In this document: positions 41,465-45,517 of the stretch, one piece after another
Layout of the letters: each line of letters begins with the position of its first letter
Numbering within the stretch: the first letter of the stretch is position 1
From: an uncultured Derxia sp.
GTDB taxonomy: Bacteria > Pseudomonadota > Gammaproteobacteria > Burkholderiales > Burkholderiaceae_E
NCBI GenBank assembly: GCA_963977835.1
Contig: CAXBRX010000001.1
Span: 1 to 45,517, forward strand
Reading direction: 5' to 3'
Length of the DNA stretch: 45,517 bases
Translations under genes and position numbers: made by a program
The notes under the pieces: generated by a model
The model's database searches: none
Told to the model about the DNA's origin: nothing
The model's input: only the letters and a program-made list of their open reading frames with translations

Positions 41465-43572
41465 TGTCCGGCTCCGCCCAGTTCGCGCCACAAGAAGGTG
41501 AATTCGAGCGCGACCATCTTGGCGCGTTGCTCGTTGTTCGCCGCGCCCGCGTGCCCGCCTTCGGTGTTTTCGTAATACAGCACTTGCTTGTGCCCTTGTT
41601 CGAGCATGCGCGCGACCATCTTGCGCGCGTGCCCCGGGTGCACACGGTCGTCACGGGTCGAGGTCGTGAACAGCACCGGCGGGTATTGCACGTCGGCACG
41701 CACATTCTGGTAGGGCGAATATTTCGACAAAGCGGCCCAATCCTCAGGCTGATCCGGGTCTCCGTATTCAGCCATCCAGCTCGCGCCCGCCAGCAGCTTG
41801 TTGTAGCGCTTCATGTCGAGCAAAGGCACCTGGCAGACCACCGCGCCGAACAGGTCGGGACGTTCCACCATCACCGCGCCCACCAACAAGCCGCCGTTGC
41901 TGCCGCCCATGATGCCCAGTTGCTTGCGCGTGGTCAGGCCCGTGCGTTCGAGGTCTTCGGCCACCGCGATGAAATCGTCATAGGCTTTTTGACGATGGGC
42001 CTTGATCGCCGCCTGATGCCATTGCGGACCGAATTCGCCGCCGCCACGGATGTTGGCCAGCACGAATACGCCGCCGCGCGCGAGCCAGGCTTGGCCGAAC
42101 GAGCCGCTGTACCAGGGTTCCATCGTGACTTCGAAGCCGCCGTAGCCGTACAACAGCGTCGGCGCAGGCCCCTTCGTCTTGCCATCGGCATCGAGACGGC
42201 CGACCACGAAATACGGCACCCGGGTGCCGTCCTTGGACACCGCCTCGCGCTGGACCACGCGCATACCCTGGGCATCGAAGAAGGACGGCGAGGATTTCAG
42301 CGCCGTGAGGCCGGTCTTGCCGACTTCGGCGACCGACAAGGTCGAGGGCGTGAGGAAGTCTTCATAGACCAGCCAGTACGCGTTCGAGGTGTCGGGGTCG
42401 ACCGCACTCACGCGCGCCGCGCCCTTGCCCGGCAGCGCGAGTTCACGCGATTGCCATTGGCCGTCGGCCTCGGTGAGTTCGAACACGCGGCTGCGCACAT
42501 TGTCGAGCACATCGAGCAGCAGCGCGTCGCGGGTCGGCGTCCACGATTGCAACGATGCCGTGGCGCTGGGCGCGTACAGCACCTGGAATTTGCGGTCGCC
42601 GGCAGCGAATGCGGCGGCACGAATACCGATCAAAGCGCCTTGCGGATAGGTTTGCTGTCCGACGGTCCAGGCATTGCGCAAACGCACGATCAGCCAGTCG
42701 CGCACCAGCGTGGGCATCGCATCGTTGGGCACGTCGATGCGCTCGTTCTTCCCATCGCGCACCACATAGGTCTCGCCGTTGTAAAAGGCGATCGAACGGC
42801 CGAAACCTTCGCGGAAATAACCGGGCCGATGATCGACCCAGGCCTCGACGCTGACATCGGTTTTTTGCCCTTCGAAGACGGTCTGCGCTTGCGCGAGCGG
42901 CGTGCCGCGCTTCCAGCGCTTGATGATGCGCGGATAGCCGGAATCGGTCATCGATCCGGGGCCGAAATCGGTGCCGATGTAGGCGGTGTCGATGTCGCGC
43001 CAGGTGAAATCGCTCTTGGCCTCGGGCAGGTTGAAGCCATCGGCGACGAAGCGCTTGCTCGGAATGTCGAACTCGCGGATCACGACCGCATCGCCGCCGC
43101 CGCGCGAAAGATGCACGGCGCAGCGCGCGTAATCGGGGGCCAGGCAACTGACGCCCGACCAGACCCAGTTCTCATGCTCGTCGCGCGCCAGGGCGTCGAG
43201 GTCGAGCACGGTTTCCCATTGCGGTTGCGGCTTCTTGTATTCGGCCCAGGTGGTGCGGCGCCAGACGCCGCGCGGGTTGTTCGCGTCGCGCCAGAAGTTG
43301 TAAAGCCGATCGCCCATCTGGGTGACGAAAGGAATGCGCTCTTTCGAATCGAGCACATTGCGCACCTGGGCGCGGATGCTCGCGTATTCGGGGCGGCCTT
43401 CGAGCTGACTCAAGGTGCGGGCGTTTTGCGCCTGCACGAATTCGAGCGCCTTGGCGCCGGTGACATCTTCAAGCCAGAGATTGGGGTCCGGCTGGGTTGC
43501 ATCGGCCATCGCCGCTCCGCTCAACACGACAAGCGCAGCGCCGATCAGCGCGCGCGAAAAAACTCGCTTCAT
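41461..43572 (-). CDS. Secreted prolyl-oligopeptidase-family (S9) serine peptidase
   Basis: 703 aa. The signal peptide is MKRVFSRALIGAALVVLSGAAMA|DA. An N-terminal beta-propeller-sized region is followed by the catalytic GGSNGGLL nucleophile elbow and later DDRVHP and GGH motifs. Confidence 0.88.
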   Translation of the reverse strand: MKRVFSRALIGAALVVLSGAAMADATQPDPNLWLEDVTGAKALEFVQAQNARTLSQLEGRPEYASIRAQVRNVLDSKERIPFVTQMGDRLYNFWRDANNPRGVWRRTTWAEYKKPQPQWETVLDLDALARDEHENWVWSGVSCLAPDYARCAVHLSRGGGDAVVIREFDIPSKRFVADGFNLPEAKSDFTWRDIDTAYIGTDFGPGSMTDSGYPRIIKRWKRGTPLAQAQTVFEGQKTDVSVEAWVDHRPGYFREGFGRSIAFYNGETYVVRDGKNERIDVPNDAMPTLVRDWLIVRLRNAWTVGQQTYPQGALIGIRAAAFAAGDRKFQVLYAPSATASLQSWTPTRDALLLDVLDNVRSRVFELTEADGQWQSRELALPGKGAARVSAVDPDTSNAYWLVYEDFLTPSTLSVAEVGKTGLTALKSSPSFFDAQGMRVVQREAVSKDGTRVPYFVVGRLDADGKTKGPAPTLLYGYGGFEVTMEPWYSGSFGQAWLARGGVFVLANIRGGGEFGPQWHQAAIKAHRQKAYDDFIAVAEDLERTGLTTRKQLGIMGGSNGGLLVGAVMVERPDLFGAVVCQVPLLDMKRYNKLLAGASWMAEYGDPDQPEDWAALSKYSPYQNVRADVQYPPVLFTTSTRDDRVHPGHARKMVARMLEQGHKQVLYYENTEGGHAGAANNEQRAKMVALEFTFLWRELGGAGQ

Positions 43573-43632
43573 GGTTCACCCTTGTGAGGTCGCAAGACCG
43601 CGCAGCATAAGGCAAGGCGGCACCCAGCAATG

Positions 43633-43660
43633 AAAAGGGGCGCACCCGGCGCCCCTTTTT
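43633..43660 (-). terminator. Rho-independent terminator downstream of pnp (bidirectional in form)
   Basis: AAAA GGGGCGC acccg GCGCCCC TTTTT forms a perfect 7-bp GC stem with a 5-nt loop, flanked by an A-run and a T-run. It lies 18 nt below the pnp stop codon (43678..43680). Confidence 0.75.
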
Positions 43661-43677
43661 CTCCAACAGAAGCGAAC

Positions 43678-45517
43678 TTACTGTTGTTGTTGCTGCTGTT
43701 GCTGTTGTTGGGCCTGAGCGGCGCCCTCTTCACCAACGGCCTTCATCGACAGGCGCAGACGGCCCTTGTCGTCGGCCTCGAGCACCTTGACGCGCACTTG
43801 CTGGCCTTCCTTGAGGTAGTCCGAGACCTGGTTGACGCGTTCCTTGGCGATCTGGCTGATGTGCAACAGGCCGTCCTTGCCGGGCAGCACTTGCACGATC
43901 GCGCCGAAGTCGAGCAGCTTGAGCACGGTGCCGTCGTAAACGGTGCCGACTTCGACATCGGCCGTGATGGCTTCGATGCGGCGCTTGGCTTCCTGGCCGG
44001 CAGCAGCGTCGACCGAGGCGATCGTGACCACACCGGTGTCCTGGATGTCGATCTGGGTGCCGGTTTCTTCGGTCAGCGCGCGGATGACGGCGCCGCCCTT
44101 GCCGATCACGTCACGGATCTTTTCCGGGTTGATCTTGATGGTGATCAGACGCGGCGCGAAGTCGCTCAGCTCGGTGCGGCCATGCGGCACGGCTTCCTGC
44201 ATCTTTTGCAGGATGTGCATGCGGCCTTCCTTCGCTTGCGCGAGGGCGACCTGCATGATTTCCTTGGTGATGCCCTGGATCTTGATGTCCATCTGCAGGG
44301 CGGTCACGCCGGTGGCGGTACCGGCCACCTTGAAGTCCATGTCACCGAGGTGATCTTCGTCGCCGAGGATGTCGGTCAGGACGGCGAACTTGCTGCCTTC
44401 CTTGATCAGGCCCATCGCGATGCCGGCGACATGCGCCTTGAGCGGCACGCCGGCGTCCATCAGCGCGAGGCAGCCGCCGCACACCGAGGCCATCGACGAC
44501 GAACCGTTGGACTCGGTGATTTCCGAGACCACGCGCATCGAATAGCTGAATTCCTGTTCGCTCGGCAGCACGGCCAGCAGCGCACGCTTGGCCAGACGGC
44601 CGTGGCCGATTTCGCGGCGCTTGGGCACGCCGATGCGGCCGGTTTCGCCGGTCGCGAACGGGGGCATGTTGTAGTGGAGCATGAAGCGGTCACGGTATTC
44701 ACCCATGAGCGCGTCGATGATCTGTTCATCCTGCTTGGTGCCGAGCGTAGCGACCACCAGTGCCTGGGTTTCGCCACGCGTGAACAGCGCCGAACCGTGG
44801 GTGCGCGGCAGCACGCTCGAGCGGATGCTGATCGGGCGCACGGTACGCGTATCGCGGCCGTCGATGCGGGGTTCGCCGTCGAGGATCTGACCGCGCACGA
44901 TCTTCGATTCGATGTCGAACAACAGGTTGCCGATTTCGACCGCATCGGGGGCCTTGCCACCGATGGCAGCGGCTTCTTCGGCCAGCTTGGCGCTCACGTC
45001 GGCATAAATGGCGTTGATGCGGCTGCTGCGTTCCTGCTTCTGGCGAATGCCATAGGCTTCGCGCAACGCGGCTTCGCCGAAATGCTTGACGCGGTTGATC
45101 AGCGCTTCGTTCTTGGCCGGCGCGGCCCATTCCCAAGCCGGCTTGCCGCCTTCGCGGACCAGTTCATGAATGGCGTTGATCGCGGCTTGCATCTGTTCGT
45201 GGCCGAACACGACCGCGCCCAGCATCACGTCTTCGGGCAATTGGTCGGCTTCGGATTCGACCATCAGCACGGCTTGCTCGGTACCGGCGACCACCAGGTT
45301 CAGCTTGGAGCCGACGAGTTGCGCCTTGGTCGGGTTCAGCACGTATTGGCCATCGACATAGCCGACGCGGGCGGCGCCGATCGGGCCGTCGAACGGAATG
45401 CCGGCGACCGACAAGGCGGCCGAGGCGCCGATCATGGCGGGAATGTCGGGATCGACTTCCGGATTCACCGACATCACATGCACCACGACCTGGACTTCGT
45501 TGTAGAAGCCTTCGGGG
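43678..45517 (-). CDS. pnp: Polyribonucleotide nucleotidyltransferase (PNPase), C-terminal ~610 codons; 5-prime end outside the window
   Basis: The frame stays open to the window edge (...[20 protein letters not shown]...). The second RNase PH domain, the KH domain ([22 protein letters not shown]) and the S1 domain ([35 protein letters not shown]) are all recognisable. Confidence 0.96.
   Translation of the reverse strand, partial: PEGFYNEVQVVVHVMSVNPEVDPDIPAMIGASAALSVAGIPFDGPIGAARVGYVDGQYVLNPTKAQLVGSKLNLVVAGTEQAVLMVESEADQLPEDVMLGAVVFGHEQMQAAINAIHELVREGGKPAWEWAAPAKNEALINRVKHFGEAALREAYGIRQKQERSSRINAIYADVSAKLAEEAAAIGGKAPDAVEIGNLLFDIESKIVRGQILDGEPRIDGRDTRTVRPISIRSSVLPRTHGSALFTRGETQALVVATLGTKQDEQIIDALMGEYRDRFMLHYNMPPFATGETGRIGVPKRREIGHGRLAKRALLAVLPSEQEFSYSMRVVSEITESNGSSSMASVCGGCLALMDAGVPLKAHVAGIAMGLIKEGSKFAVLTDILGDEDHLGDMDFKVAGTATGVTALQMDIKIQGITKEIMQVALAQAKEGRMHILQKMQEAVPHGRTELSDFAPRLITIKINPEKIRDVIGKGGAVIRALTEETGTQIDIQDTGVVTIASVDAAAGQEAKRRIEAITADVEVGTVYDGTVLKLLDFGAIVQVLPGKDGLLHISQIAKERVNQVSDYLKEGQQVRVKVLEADDKGRLRLSMKAVGEEGAAQAQQQQQQQQQQ
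43681..43710 (-). repeat. Imperfect CAA/CAG trinucleotide run encoding 10 consecutive C-terminal glutamines of PNPase
   Basis: The plus strand reads ctg ttg ttg ttg ctg ctg ttg ctg ttg ttg directly after the stop codon complement (tta at 43678..43680). The protein ends ...[17 protein letters not shown]. Confidence 0.9.

Overview
High-GC (roughly mid-60s % by eye, not computed) chromosomal segment whose gene order looks betaproteobacterial, Burkholderiales type. This placement is recalled from memory, not searched. Nearly the whole window is coding and reads as core housekeeping. Left to right: the end of a family-5 ABC substrate-binding protein; a minus-strand cluster yaaA / M14D-like carboxypeptidase / PhzF-like isomerase / trxC; a membrane-protein + PIN-domain pair; a YbdL-type aminotransferase. 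Then comes a long minus-strand run: a secreted helical-repeat protein with one CXXCH, a GNAT, DegV, scoB, scoA, a TPR protein, and livF, fused livM-livG, livH and a livK-like binding protein. Next are an SDR gene divergent from ETF-ubiquinone oxidoreductase, an HDAC-family deacetylase followed by a Pat-type (NDP-forming acyl-CoA synthetase-like + GNAT) acetyltransferase, and a NUDIX gene 4 nt behind nuoN. The complete 14-gene nuoA-N operon follows (minus strand), then tRNA-Leu(GAG), secG, tpiA, a PIG3-type quinone oxidoreductase, a secreted S9 prolyl-oligopeptidase-family peptidase, and the 3-prime ~610 codons of pnp. I found no transposase, integrase, phage gene, CRISPR array, recognisable defence gene or obvious compositional island. 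I do not see a convincing new multi-gene system, and the findings below are modest. They are unusual gene couplings (yaaA-M14-PhzF-trxC, membrane+PIN, scoAB-degV-GNAT, HDAC-Pat, nuoN-NUDIX, S9-qor), a few protein-level oddities (CXXCH in a secreted repeat protein, a His/Asp-rich NuoL insert, a PNPase poly-Q tail, the LivM-LivG fusion) and several RNA hairpins seen directly in intergenic DNA. All family calls rest on motif recognition in the supplied translations. No database search was run.
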